Below are positions 10,624 to 20,449 of a DNA stretch of 64,000 nucleotides, one piece after another. How positions within the stretch are numbered: the first letter of the stretch is position 1; every line of letters begins with the position of its first letter. The stretch is from a virus, in the IMG/VR virus record IMGVR_UViG_3300027808_000009, positions 1-64,000 of that record; one strand, 5' to 3'. The notes beneath the pieces were generated by a model. It searched no databases. It was given only the letters and a program-made list of their open reading frames with translations, and was not told where the DNA came from. The position numbers were made by a program, and so were the translations under genes.

Positions 10624-10852
10624 TTAATTCTACTTTAAGTTCATACATCTCTAATTTGACCAGTAAGTCATACATGTCATCAAATGACCCTGACTTAATA
10701 TCATATGATTCTCTTCCATCAACTAAGACTGCACATTGTTCAGCTTGTTCAGGGTTGTGATCACAAAATCTTATAAGACAAGCAATAACATAAAGAAAAT
10801 CATGTTTGTTGTCATTATATAACGTTAATTTATGTGTCTTTTCCAATACCAT
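10604..10852 (-). CDS. clpS: ClpS-like adaptor protein
   Basis: LTLYNDNKHDFLYVIACLIRFCDHNPEQAEQCAVLV...IKSG closely follows the Bacteroidota ClpS pattern (IVLYNDDVNTFDHVI..LI.VC.H..EQAEQC..IVH..G). Confidence 0.8.
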   Translation of the reverse strand: MVLEKTHKLTLYNDNKHDFLYVIACLIRFCDHNPEQAEQCAVLVDGRESYDIKSGSFDDMYDLLVKLEMYELKVELSESSVH

Positions 10853-10869
10853 AGTGTTTATATTTTAAT

Positions 10870-11382
10870 TTACACATTTTCAGGCTTAGTTCCAACTATT
10901 ATTGTCTCACCTACCTTGTTCATAGACTCAACAATATCAGTATAACCTTTACCATACGGATCTACATAATTTTTATATGACTTAAAATAACCTTTATTAA
11001 CCAGATCTTCTATATTAGTAATTAATATTCCCATTCTAGACTTATTATCAGCTCCAAGCTGGATTAAGTCCCATCTTGCTGACTCAATTTTAGCTAAAAA
11101 TAAGTTTAATCTTGTATTGAATTCACTTTTTATAAAGATTTTATTACTGTAGTCATCAAATAACTCTATCAGATCCATTAAAGCTTTAACATCTGTTTTA
11201 CCAAATACATTCATAGGTTCTTTGATATATTCTTCAGACCACTCATGCCATTTGCTAACATCTATTTTCATGCTATACTTAAACTTATTACTCTTTTTCA
11301 TTACATCAATATCATACAGAGCACTGGATATTTTCACCACTGCTCTGATGAATCTGATATTGTCCTGATCATATTCTGACAT
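10870..11382 (-). CDS. hypothetical protein
   Basis: 170-aa ORF. Confidence 0.6.
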   Translation of the reverse strand: MSEYDQDNIRFIRAVVKISSALYDIDVMKKSNKFKYSMKIDVSKWHEWSEEYIKEPMNVFGKTDVKALMDLIELFDDYSNKIFIKSEFNTRLNLFLAKIESARWDLIQLGADNKSRMGILITNIEDLVNKGYFKSYKNYVDPYGKGYTDIVESMNKVGETIIVGTKPENV

Positions 11383-11384
11383 AA

Positions 11385-12485
11385 TTACAACTTAATATTA
11401 AAATTTTTCCACTCTATTTTACTCTGATCAAATCCTGATAATGCTTCAGTAACCCATTTCTCATCTATGGTATCCATATAACATAGAATATGAATAGTAG
11501 CTGTTTCATCAACAGATAATCTGAGGCAACGACCTATACGTTGTGAGGCCTTACGCTCATTACCATAAGCATGTAGTATAATACATTGTTTAAGATTAGG
11601 AATATTGATACCCTCACTTAATTGTAATACACAAGATAGTTTAGTAATATCACCTGACTTAAACATGTTAAGATTATCACTAGACTCAGGATTATTACTA
11701 TGATAACTATAATTACATAATTGATCAGCTTGTTCTTGAGTATTTGCAAATATAATACACTTAGATTTAATTGAGTTACTCAATATCTTAGTATATGCTT
11801 CTTTACTTGGAAATGCCATCATAGCTTTCATCCTCATTACTCTTGAAATTTGCTGCTCTTTTCCCGGTCTAGAATCCTCTATCCTACTGCACCAATAATT
11901 ATAATTAGCTAATTCAGTAGTAAAGAATGATTTATACTTACTACCTGCTTTAACATTCTTATTACTATTGTCTAACTTAATTTGATGCACAATGATTTTA
12001 TAATCATTTAAGATATTATCATTAATAGCATCATCAGTTAAGTATTCATATACTATAGGATAGAACTCTTGCATCATCTCACCTTTTTCACTATTTACCA
12101 TTTTAGGAGGAGTACCGGTAAGTCCTAAGATCTTACCTTCATACTCATCCAAAAAATCTCTATGTGACGGGAGCAATGAATGTGCTTCATCAAAATATAT
12201 CATATCATATTCTCTAGGGTCTAGCTTATTCAAACTTAAGTAAGTAGTGAATTGTGCTGTGTCTAGTAAATGTGATTTATTAAACTTAATTGCTTCAGTT
12301 CTCCAAGATGTAAAAATACTAAGCTTTGGAGCAACAATAAGCACACTCATTAATGGAGTCAAATTTCTTTCCATATGCATAAGACCTACTAAAGTCTTAC
12401 CAACTCCAGTGGCTAAACTAAGTCCAGCACGTTTTCTCTTATCAGTAGCTTCTAATGATGCCATTTGTATTTCTTCTCTTGTCAT
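11385..12485 (-). CDS. SF2 (DEAD/DEAH-like) helicase
   Basis: LATGVGKT, DEAH, GLTGTP, LSEGINIP and QRIGRCLR motifs. Confidence 0.92.
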   Translation of the reverse strand: MTREEIQMASLEATDKRKRAGLSLATGVGKTLVGLMHMERNLTPLMSVLIVAPKLSIFTSWRTEAIKFNKSHLLDTAQFTTYLSLNKLDPREYDMIYFDEAHSLLPSHRDFLDEYEGKILGLTGTPPKMVNSEKGEMMQEFYPIVYEYLTDDAINDNILNDYKIIVHQIKLDNSNKNVKAGSKYKSFFTTELANYNYWCSRIEDSRPGKEQQISRVMRMKAMMAFPSKEAYTKILSNSIKSKCIIFANTQEQADQLCNYSYHSNNPESSDNLNMFKSGDITKLSCVLQLSEGINIPNLKQCIILHAYGNERKASQRIGRCLRLSVDETATIHILCYMDTIDEKWVTEALSGFDQSKIEWKNFNIKL

Positions 12486-12486
12486 C

Positions 12487-12684
12487 TTATTCTGATTTTA
12501 AATTTTTTAACTCTTCCCGCAACTTAGCTATTTTATCATACATTTCAGTTATTTGCTCAACTGTAGGAAATCCTCCAAGTATACCATATGTAGAATTTGC
12601 TTCTATTTTTATGCATGCTATTTCACGTTCTAACTGAGACTTTTTACTTGAATTGCTGTTTTGTATTTCTTCTCTTGTTGTCAT
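12487..12684 (-). CDS. hypothetical coiled-coil protein
   Basis: 65-aa ORF. Its N-terminus (MTTREEIQ) resembles that of the helicase (MTREEIQ). Confidence 0.5.
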   Translation of the reverse strand: MTTREEIQNSNSSKKSQLEREIACIKIEANSTYGILGGFPTVEQITEMYDKIAKLREELKNLKSE

Positions 12685-13043
12685 CTTTTTATTAGTGTTA
12701 CATTTTTAGTACCCTTGCATCTTGGATAATTTTTACATCCAAAAAACACCTCATTAGTTTTACCATTTACTCTACGCACCATAGGTGAATCACACCTTGA
12801 ACATTTAAAAGTAATACCAGATAATACAACTTTCTCCTCTTCAGTTAATTTTTTATCTAAATTCTCAAGTCTTACTTCATCATTCTTTATCTCTGATAAG
12901 TGTAATTGTTCAAATTTAGATTTAACATCAGCTTCTCTCAGCAATATTCTACAATGAGGACAAGTAACAAATTTAGCTACTGTTACCTCAATAACATGTG
13001 GATGATTGCAATCAATACCTTTAGCATGTCTTAATGTTTTCAT
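12681..13043 (-). CDS. topoisomerase-type C4 zinc-ribbon protein
   Basis: CSRCDSPMVRRVNGKTNEVFFGCKNYPRCKGT is a zf-C4_Topoisom signature. An additional CPHC is present. Confidence 0.8.
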   Translation of the reverse strand: MKTLRHAKGIDCNHPHVIEVTVAKFVTCPHCRILLREADVKSKFEQLHLSEIKNDEVRLENLDKKLTEEEKVVLSGITFKCSRCDSPMVRRVNGKTNEVFFGCKNYPRCKGTKNVTLIKR

Positions 13044-13044
13044 A

Positions 13045-13791
13045 TTAAATTAAGTTGAATACCTTTTTTTGTATAAATTCATTAGCAGAAGATGGATCTG
13101 ACATAACTTTAATTGTCTTGATATGCTTATCAATATTCTTTAAAGTTTCTTTATGATCATATGATTCATATGCTTGAATAAACACATTTAAAAATTGTTT
13201 TTTAACCCATCTGTCAGCAACACCAATTTTAATAAATAAATCACTAAAAGCTTTACACATTTCTTTAGCTTTTGGATTGTTAATTTTAAACTCTCCATTT
13301 TTAATTTTAGCACTTGAAGTTGCAATAGCATTATATGTGTTTGTATTATTACAAATTGATGCAATCATAAGAGCTTCTAAATGATATAGACCCATATATT
13401 CTTGCAAAGTAGCATAATCAGGATTACAATATGAAAATGCATGAATATAATCTTTTAACAACCATGCTTTAGATGAATTATTATAACAAGCCATTGTTTC
13501 AACAAGATCTTCTTTGCTAATTATTTCAATATATTCATATCTTACTGGAATACCTTCTCTTCTACAACAGTCTAATAAATGATCACCATCTATTACATAT
13601 GTTAAATTTGTTCCAGTAAAAAAATCTACTTTACAACATATAACTTGTCTAGTGTTACCTTTTTTACGGACACTTTCTACTAAATCTTGTGTATGCTTAG
13701 ATCCTGTTGGTCTTTGCATAGGTAATCTGTTAAACATATTATAATTTGTTGTAACAGCAATTTTAATAAAATCATTTTTAGTTTCTTTCAT
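13045..13791 (-). CDS. ParB/Srx-like domain protein
   Basis: TTNYNMF...QRP....HTQDLVESV.......YVIDGDHLL pattern, a variant of IDGQHRL. Confidence 0.55.
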   Translation of the reverse strand: MKETKNDFIKIAVTTNYNMFNRLPMQRPTGSKHTQDLVESVRKKGNTRQVICCKVDFFTGTNLTYVIDGDHLLDCCRREGIPVRYEYIEIISKEDLVETMACYNNSSKAWLLKDYIHAFSYCNPDYATLQEYMGLYHLEALMIASICNNTNTYNAIATSSAKIKNGEFKINNPKAKEMCKAFSDLFIKIGVADRWVKKQFLNVFIQAYESYDHKETLKNIDKHIKTIKVMSDPSSANEFIQKKVFNLI

Positions 13792-13831
13792 CTTTTCAGT
13801 TTTTTAATTTCAGTTATTATTTTTTTTCAGT

Positions 13832-14224
13832 TTATTTTAGCCAACCCATTGTTCTTGCTTCTGCTGGAGCTAAGTGTATGATATTGTGGCAGTTACGGCA
13901 AACAACAAGCCACGTAGACTGAATCAAATAGAATGCATCTCTGTTTGATCCAGCAAAAGTGTGGTGTATGTCACTCCCGATATTAGTACAACCAGTTGTT
14001 TTAACTTGACATAGTGGAAACTTTTCCATATGCTTTTTTCTTAGTACTAGATAATCAGCATCAAGTTTCTTTCTCTTAGCTGATACTTGAGGTATAATCT
14101 TATGATCTGGATCTTTAGATTGTATTTTACCCCAACAGTTTTTGCAATATTTATTGCTCTCAAAGTTTTTCCAAATATACTGCTCAGAATCACACCCTGA
14201 GCAGTACTTTTTTTTCTTTTCCAT
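13832..14224 (-). CDS. HNH endonuclease (NinG-like, Zn-binding)
   Basis: CxxC...CxxC N-terminus, CQV...C...DIHH, and VCRNCHNIIH. Confidence 0.75.
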   Translation of the reverse strand: MEKKKKYCSGCDSEQYIWKNFESNKYCKNCWGKIQSKDPDHKIIPQVSAKRKKLDADYLVLRKKHMEKFPLCQVKTTGCTNIGSDIHHTFAGSNRDAFYLIQSTWLVVCRNCHNIIHLAPAEARTMGWLK

Positions 14225-14721
14225 TAAGCTTTTCTTAATCTTGGTAATGCATTAGTATCTCTCTGCAAACTATGAAAGTTTTTAGGTAAGATACCCTCAG
14301 CTACAAATATATTAACTACTTGATCTTTGGTAATACCAAGATCTTTAAATGACAATGTATTTTTAAACTCAACATCTGTCTCTTCAGTCTCCACAAGAAA
14401 TTGTGTAAGGGGACTTTCAGGAAACAATGTCTTGAATATAAAATTACTATAAGCATTAGTTAACTTTTGCTTATACAGATTAATAATACTTTGACCTTTC
14501 ATATATACTTTACTTACTCTCTGTTTCTTTTTACTACACATAGTAGCTATTTCTTCTTGAGTAAACGCACTTAAACCATATAAGGCACGTTTATATAAAT
14601 GATTTTGATAATCATTATAATTATCTTTTTCATATTCTGTATAAGTATTACCCTTATACAATTGGTAAGACTCCATCTTACCTTTATACTCTAAATTCTT
14701 TTCTTGTATCTCCATGACCAT
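14224..14721 (-). CDS. hypothetical protein
   Basis: 165-aa ORF. Confidence 0.6.
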   Translation of the reverse strand: MVMEIQEKNLEYKGKMESYQLYKGNTYTEYEKDNYNDYQNHLYKRALYGLSAFTQEEIATMCSKKKQRVSKVYMKGQSIINLYKQKLTNAYSNFIFKTLFPESPLTQFLVETEETDVEFKNTLSFKDLGITKDQVVNIFVAEGILPKNFHSLQRDTNALPRLRKA

Positions 14722-14734
14722 TAGGATTTTAAAT

Positions 14735-14765
14735 AAAAAAAAGGGATGGCTGTTACACCATCCCT
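14735..14765 (-). terminator. intrinsic terminator
   Basis: Minus strand AGGGATGG-tgtaacag-CCATCCCT followed by a T run. Confidence 0.75.
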
Positions 14766-14789
14766 GTATACATTGTTGATTATATATAC

Positions 14790-15269
14790 TTAATCAATAT
14801 TGAACTCATCAGATGCTGAAGAGTTTATTGCTGATACTTTAATTTTACCAGTATCATTAGCTGCTCTAATCTCATCTACATTATCATGCTTTACTAATTC
14901 ATCAGATAAATTTACGATGATAGTATAAAGTGTTCTTCTGTAGATTGGATTACCTGCTACTTTACACACTACTCCAGTATTACCTGCAGTTTTAATGTTT
15001 TTAGTAGCATCCTTTTTGTTAGTAGGATTTAATGATTCAATGATAACAACTTTTCCTGGTAACTCTTGACCAAGATAATAACCTTCTTGTTTTAAGTCTT
15101 CCATTGTACCTTGTATCAATGCACTAACTTTTCTTCTTCTTAAGAAAGAGTTATCATCATACATACTTCTTACTTGCTCTACTCTAACGTATCCATAATC
15201 TGGATTGTTAACTGACTGAGTGATAACATTACCTAGTTCATCACCAGTTACTTTGGTTTTTGATTCCAT
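14790..15269 (-). CDS. hypothetical protein with an acidic tail
   Basis: 159 aa, beta-rich, ends SDEFNID. Has its own terminator. Confidence 0.65.
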   Translation of the reverse strand: MESKTKVTGDELGNVITQSVNNPDYGYVRVEQVRSMYDDNSFLRRRKVSALIQGTMEDLKQEGYYLGQELPGKVVIIESLNPTNKKDATKNIKTAGNTGVVCKVAGNPIYRRTLYTIIVNLSDELVKHDNVDEIRAANDTGKIKVSAINSSASDEFNID

Positions 15270-15366
15270 AACACATGTTTTTTACGGTTAAACACTTATT
15301 TTATTTTTAATTGATTTTTGTGTATGATTTTAGCTATTCCTTGGTCTACACTCCCAAGTTAAGATT

Positions 15367-18300
15367 TTAATTATCCAGACTATCTATTCTATCTATATCA
15401 TCTTGAGTTAAATCTTCAAGTGATATCTCTTTTATTTCTGCTTCATCATCAACATTGAATGTGAAGTCATAAATTTTTTCTTGTTTTTCTGTGGTGTTTT
15501 CATCTAGTGCAGAGCCAGTGAAAGGATTGTGAATTGTATCACCTGCATTTGTACATAATAAGTACTGAATATCATTATCACTCATAGACAAATACTGTTC
15601 TATTGTGATGTTTATTACACGACCATTTGGTAACTGATATTGCATTATTTTTAAATATGCCTAAAGTTAAGGCTTATATGCAAAATAATGATAATTTCAG
15701 TCATAAAGTTGGCATTATATGGCTAAAAATAACAATGGGGAATATATATACTCCCCAAATTATTATTTTTCTGGTCATGTAGTATACTCAGATACTATCT
15801 TTAAAATTCCACATTAGATATTTTATCATCTTCCAACCATATAAATTCATCATAGTCTAATCCTGTTGATATAACAGCTATTGCACCTGACTCATTATAT
15901 GTTGGTAATTCTACTTTAATTGGTGAATAATCAGTATAAGCACATAATCCAGTTACTCTACAAGATACATAACCTTTTAAATCTAGGTCTGTATCCTTTG
16001 TAGTATCTTTATTACTGAACCACTGAGTAGACATTTTAAATAAACCCATCTGACCAATTTTTGGTTTAATAGGTAAAGACTCACCTAATAATAACTTACC
16101 TAGCATTTGCTTTGACTTATCATTATGATTAAACATGTCTTTGATAAGATCTCTAATACCACCTTGTTTAATAAAAGCATCTAAAGCATTTACTATTGTT
16201 TCTTCTTCTACTGAAAATGTTACTCTACTCATAATGACTGCTTTGCTGATCTAAGCTTAAAGAATAACTCCCAGTTAAAGTGATCAAATACCTCAATATC
16301 AAGTGTATTGTTAATACATACTTCACTTACTATACCAAATACAGGTGGCATAACTGATCTAGTTACACCTCCTGTAAGTACTTTACCGTCTACCTCAAAG
16401 TTACAGGACCTATCAAATCCTATAACTGACATAATTAAATCAGCATTCATTTTGATAAAGATTCAAATAATCTTAATAATGTACCACCTCTATCAGTTTC
16501 TCTTTCATGCAATCTACCTAATAATAAAGTAGTATAAGCTACCTCATTCTCATGTTTGCACTCACTAAATACTAAATCAATTGATTGAGATAGTTTTTCT
16601 AACTTGATTGCTTCTTTACATAGAGAAGCTAATTGATCTCTTCTACCGTCAGTTATACCTAGTACAACTGATAAATCTGTTGACTCATCATTAATGATGG
16701 ACAACTTGAACACTCTATTAGTGTTATAATTCTTTTTTCTGAATAATTTAAACATGACCAAATGTTTTATTTGTTTATACTTCTTTTATCTATCTCAATT
16801 ACTACTATTGCTATCAATAACACAACTGTTATTGAGCAAGTTATTACAATTAGTGTTTCCATATCAGTCTTCTATTGTAAATTCTAAACACATAATTGCA
16901 TAAGCAATTTCATTCTTGATGTACTCTTTTACGTCCCAAGATGCATTCAATGCATCAACATCATTTAGACTCTCTCTTAGACTTTTCAGTTCCTCTGCCA
17001 TTTTCTTTTTCTTTATTGTATTTAACTAACCTTTCCATGATTTTCTGGTTCATAGATTGACCATTATCTTTTTCATTACTCATTTATCTTTGATATCAAT
17101 ATAACCTACAATGCAACCTAAACCAGTTATTGCAGATACAGTATATACCATTTCTGCTTTACCTACTGGTTCCCAATTACAATCAAATGCTTTAAAAAGA
17201 CATTTAAATTCTCCTACTATAGCAGCTACTGTTAAAGCAATTACTATTAATGTTCCTGCTTTCATACTATTTATTTTTAATAATTTCTATTAGTTTATCT
17301 ATACAAGATGACTCTGCTTCTTCATAAGTTTTTAAAATATCAGAATTAAAAAACTTTTCATCAAATTTATCTATATAAAATCTATATGTACCTTTTGTTG
17401 CTTCTTTAAGATAAGAACAATATCCATATTCTTTTCTAAACCACTTGAAGACTTGTTGTTTAAGTGGTACCTTAGCACAATTTTCTATACCTAAGTATGT
17501 TTCACAATAGCCTTGTCTAAATAGATTACCTTCCTGATTAGAATACCAACCAAAACAAGGTTCATCAAAACCTAACTCTTTAAGAGCTAAAGCTTGATTA
17601 TAATTTACAAATTCCTGAGTCATAGTGTATAATATTCAGTTAATTTACATACTGGTACAGTAACAAAACCTGTACTTATTTCTCTATGTTTAGGAAATAT
17701 TATACCTGCCTTTAACAAAGCATCATATACTCCTTTATTTTCTGAATAGTCTTTTATAGCTATTTCATCTGAGTCAAGACCATCAATGTTAGTTGTAGCA
17801 ACTACTACCGGCAATCCATCTTCTAAATCTAATAATCTGACTGCTAGATTACCTGTACCATATTTTTGAATCATTACATCACACTTAAATCCCGCAAACT
17901 CTACCATTATTCCTCAATTATTATTGTTGTACCATATTTATCATAGTGTCTCAAGCGCACTAACTTATACCTTAATCTTTCTACTTGACTATATATCTCA
18001 TCTGATTTCCAATAGTCTTCATTTCTTACAGTTCTCCAATCTTCTAAATCAAATCTTGATGTAATAGTTTTGAACTCTTCTTCATCATTGCTCATGTATA
18101 GTAATTTGGTTTCTTAATATATCATTTTCAAGCATGACTAATTCAATAGCCATGCATAATTCACCTACAGTAGTACAGTTAACTATCTCAGTAAACGGTA
18201 ACCTACCTATTGTATAAGTAATACTAAAATTCATTTATATCTAGCATTAAACATTTCTTGAGTAACCTCTTCATAAGAGATACCTTCATTAAATGCTATT

Positions 18301-18995
18301 TCATTTACATACTCATCATTTTCTGGATTATGTATATCATCAGCATCATACTGATCTGTTGTGGTATGATCTCTACCTAACAACATTATTAATATCAATA
18401 TCAGTTTCATAATTCTTGTATTTGTTTCATAAACTCAGTTACTTGTTCAGGTGTTAAGTGACCTTCTACATTATTTGTAACAGGTGTGTCATAACATATT
18501 TCTGAATACTCCATTTCTGGAGTCATTCTGAGTACTGCAATTTCATACAGTCCTTGTTTACCACCATAACTATATGGTCCTCTTATTACAGAGATACCAT
18601 AATGATTTGGATACAATTCAAAAGCATGTTCTCCCATTTCATCATGCTCAAATTCTAAGTCTTTAAATTCTTTCATCTTTTCAGTTTTAATTTCAGTTAA
18701 AATTATAATCTTCTTCTTGTTGTTCTTTATCATATTCAAGTTTAATCTTGTATTTTATATATTCATATAATTCACGGTTATTAAACTCAAACATTCTTGC
18801 ATCTTCTGCTAACTTAGCTTGTTTTGCCATCATTAACATATTTGCTAATTCTTCAATGGTGTATTCACATGCTTGTTTTGCAGGTCTTTCAGTACTAATA
18901 TAAACCTTTGAGTTAGGGTTTGTATCTATACCAATCATTGCTACTAATTCAACAATAGTTGTATTTTTTAGCGTATTAAATCTAATTGCTTTCAT
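15367..18995 (-). other. cluster of hypothetical ORFs (15367-15645, 15801-16232, 16229-16450, 16447-16761, 17080-17265 membrane, 17267-17623, 17620-17907 DUF4313-like, 17907-18095, 18407-18676, 18693-18995)
   Basis: Packed minus-strand ORFs. 17620-17907 has VATTN...IAIKDYSEN..VY..L..AGI (DUF4313-like). 18407-18676 has the widespread phage pattern YGISVI...SYGG..GLYEIAVL...YDTPVT. Confidence 0.7.
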
Positions 18996-19020
18996 AATTT
19001 TCAGTTTTAGTTTCAGTTAA

Positions 19021-20126
19021 TAAAAAAGTACCTAACAATGGGGTATCTCATTGCTAGGATTAGTATATTTAGATCCCTCTTCAGGGTGAAGGTATAAGAC
19101 TTTACTGACCCCTGTAAAGAATATAGAGCCTCACATAATGCGTCCATTACATTACAATCTCTACACCTAGTGTGTTTTACACCTAAAACTTTCAACTTTC
19201 TTTAACGTTTCTGAGCATCTATGCTTATTTATGTGCACGGCATAGACTCTAAGTTATATAGTTCTCAAGGTTATAATCCCATACATAAGTTCAATATCTT
19301 ATGTTTTGACAGGGAAATGATGTACCTTCATTACACGATTTACACGTGCAGTATGATAACTTGAACTACTGTGATTGAAAGAAACTGGTGTCCTCAACAT
19401 CTTGGAAAGAGTTAAGTTTTTTATAAAAAATGGGAACACTATGGTAGTTCCCAATTCACCCTATGGCTTCACCCACCCTAATTACACACGTGTAATAACT
19501 GGTACTCCAAGAGTTTCCCCCCATAGTTGTTGTACTCTTACAAGGTTCTAATCCTTGATACATATCCCGTTACTACACTGATAGCCTTTTATTGACTGTC
19601 TTCATAACTTAAGGGTTTAACTAATAAGTTTAACCTGTTTCAGAGGGTAATGCAACTATTGCATAAGAGTAAAATCACAAGCCCTCTTCAAGTCCTGTTA
19701 AGGATACTGTTGAGATACTACTCTTGTGATAAATCCAGTAGTGTGGATATTTCCCTCTGTACTCAGTTGTAATAGTCATAGATTTTTAAAGTTTCTCAGG
19801 CTTTATCATCTATTTCTTATTGTTTATGAGGTTATATACCAAGTTCTTTACACGTAGTTGAGCTACATACTTAGTTCTTGTAATGTATATACACGCAACA
19901 GCCCTCAATCTGATCCTTGACCCACCTTTCATTGGTGTCTAACAGACTATTACAACTGTCTACCCTTGGGAAGTAGAAATGGTACATTAACGAAGGGCTT
20001 GATTACCCCTTCTGACCGTTTAGCAGGTTGAAGCTTGCTCCTTATAAATCCTTCCCGTGCACAGAACAAGAAACTGGGGAGACGTTGTTTCTACTTTAGT
20101 ACTCTCACAAGGTTGCAACCCTTGAA
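19021..20126 (-). ncRNA. candidate large structured non-coding RNA(s)
   Basis: About 1.1 kb without a convincing ORF and visibly more GC-rich than its flanks. Contains nested stems (19641-47/19753-59; 19674-81/19723-30; a perfect 14-bp stem 19764-77/19945-58), many local hairpins, and a terminator-like end near 19030-19060 whose G-U pair favours the minus strand. Confidence 0.55.
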
Positions 20127-20330
20127 TTACTTGCTTAGATGAGAGTAATTATCTTTAATCACTTGTCTTAATTCTTCATCTACCTTTCTAGTATATCTAA
20201 TACTATCAAAGAACATGTATGTTTTTAAGACTGTACCTATTTCAGGTAACTCAGCAGCAACTAATTGTTCTACTGTTTCAATACCTAATATATTAAGTAC
20301 TGTACTACTTCTTACTGTTAAGTCTTCCAT
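20127..20330 (-). CDS. stand-alone RNA polymerase alpha-CTD-like protein
   Basis: EDLTVRSSTVLNILGIETVEQLV...LKT...KVDEELRQVI aligns by eye to the alpha-CTD consensus LELTVRSANCLK..GI..IGDLV....LLKT..LGKKSL.EIK. Confidence 0.65.
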   Translation of the reverse strand: MEDLTVRSSTVLNILGIETVEQLVAAELPEIGTVLKTYMFFDSIRYTRKVDEELRQVIKDNYSHLSK

Positions 20331-20356
20331 TGTTTATATTTTTTAGTTGAATTAAA

Positions 20357-20442
20357 AACTACAATTCAGCATTCAGGAACCTTTAGATATCAATAAGGTA
20401 TTCCAACTGAGTTTTACAGTGTATCTTTGCTGAACTGTAGTT
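20357..20442 (-). ncRNA. 86-nt stem-loop element (small RNA or leader)
   Basis: 14-bp arms AACTACAGTTCAGC / GCTGAATTGTAGTT with one G-U pair on the minus strand, an inner GGAA-T-ACCTT/AAGGT-TCC stem, and a following T run. Confidence 0.4.
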
Positions 20443-20449
20443 AATGGTT

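Noticed and set aside
19013-19195. 60-aa ORF at the 3' end of the non-coding block
   Set aside because: It has no recognisable motif and overlaps several hairpins and the terminator-like stem. Treated as probably spurious, but not excluded.
19500-19570. tRNA gene suggested by the T-arm-like CAAGGTTCTAATCCTTG
   Set aside because: No matching acceptor stem, D-arm or CCA at the right spacing on either strand. No tRNA was recognised anywhere in the window.
19764-19958. Group I intron core (GACTA / TAGTC, P7-like) or CRISPR repeat (GTTG...CAAC ends)
   Set aside because: TAGTC precedes GACTA on both strands, the wrong order for P7, and no interrupted gene flanks it. It is a single inverted pair ~170 nt apart, not direct repeats with spacers.
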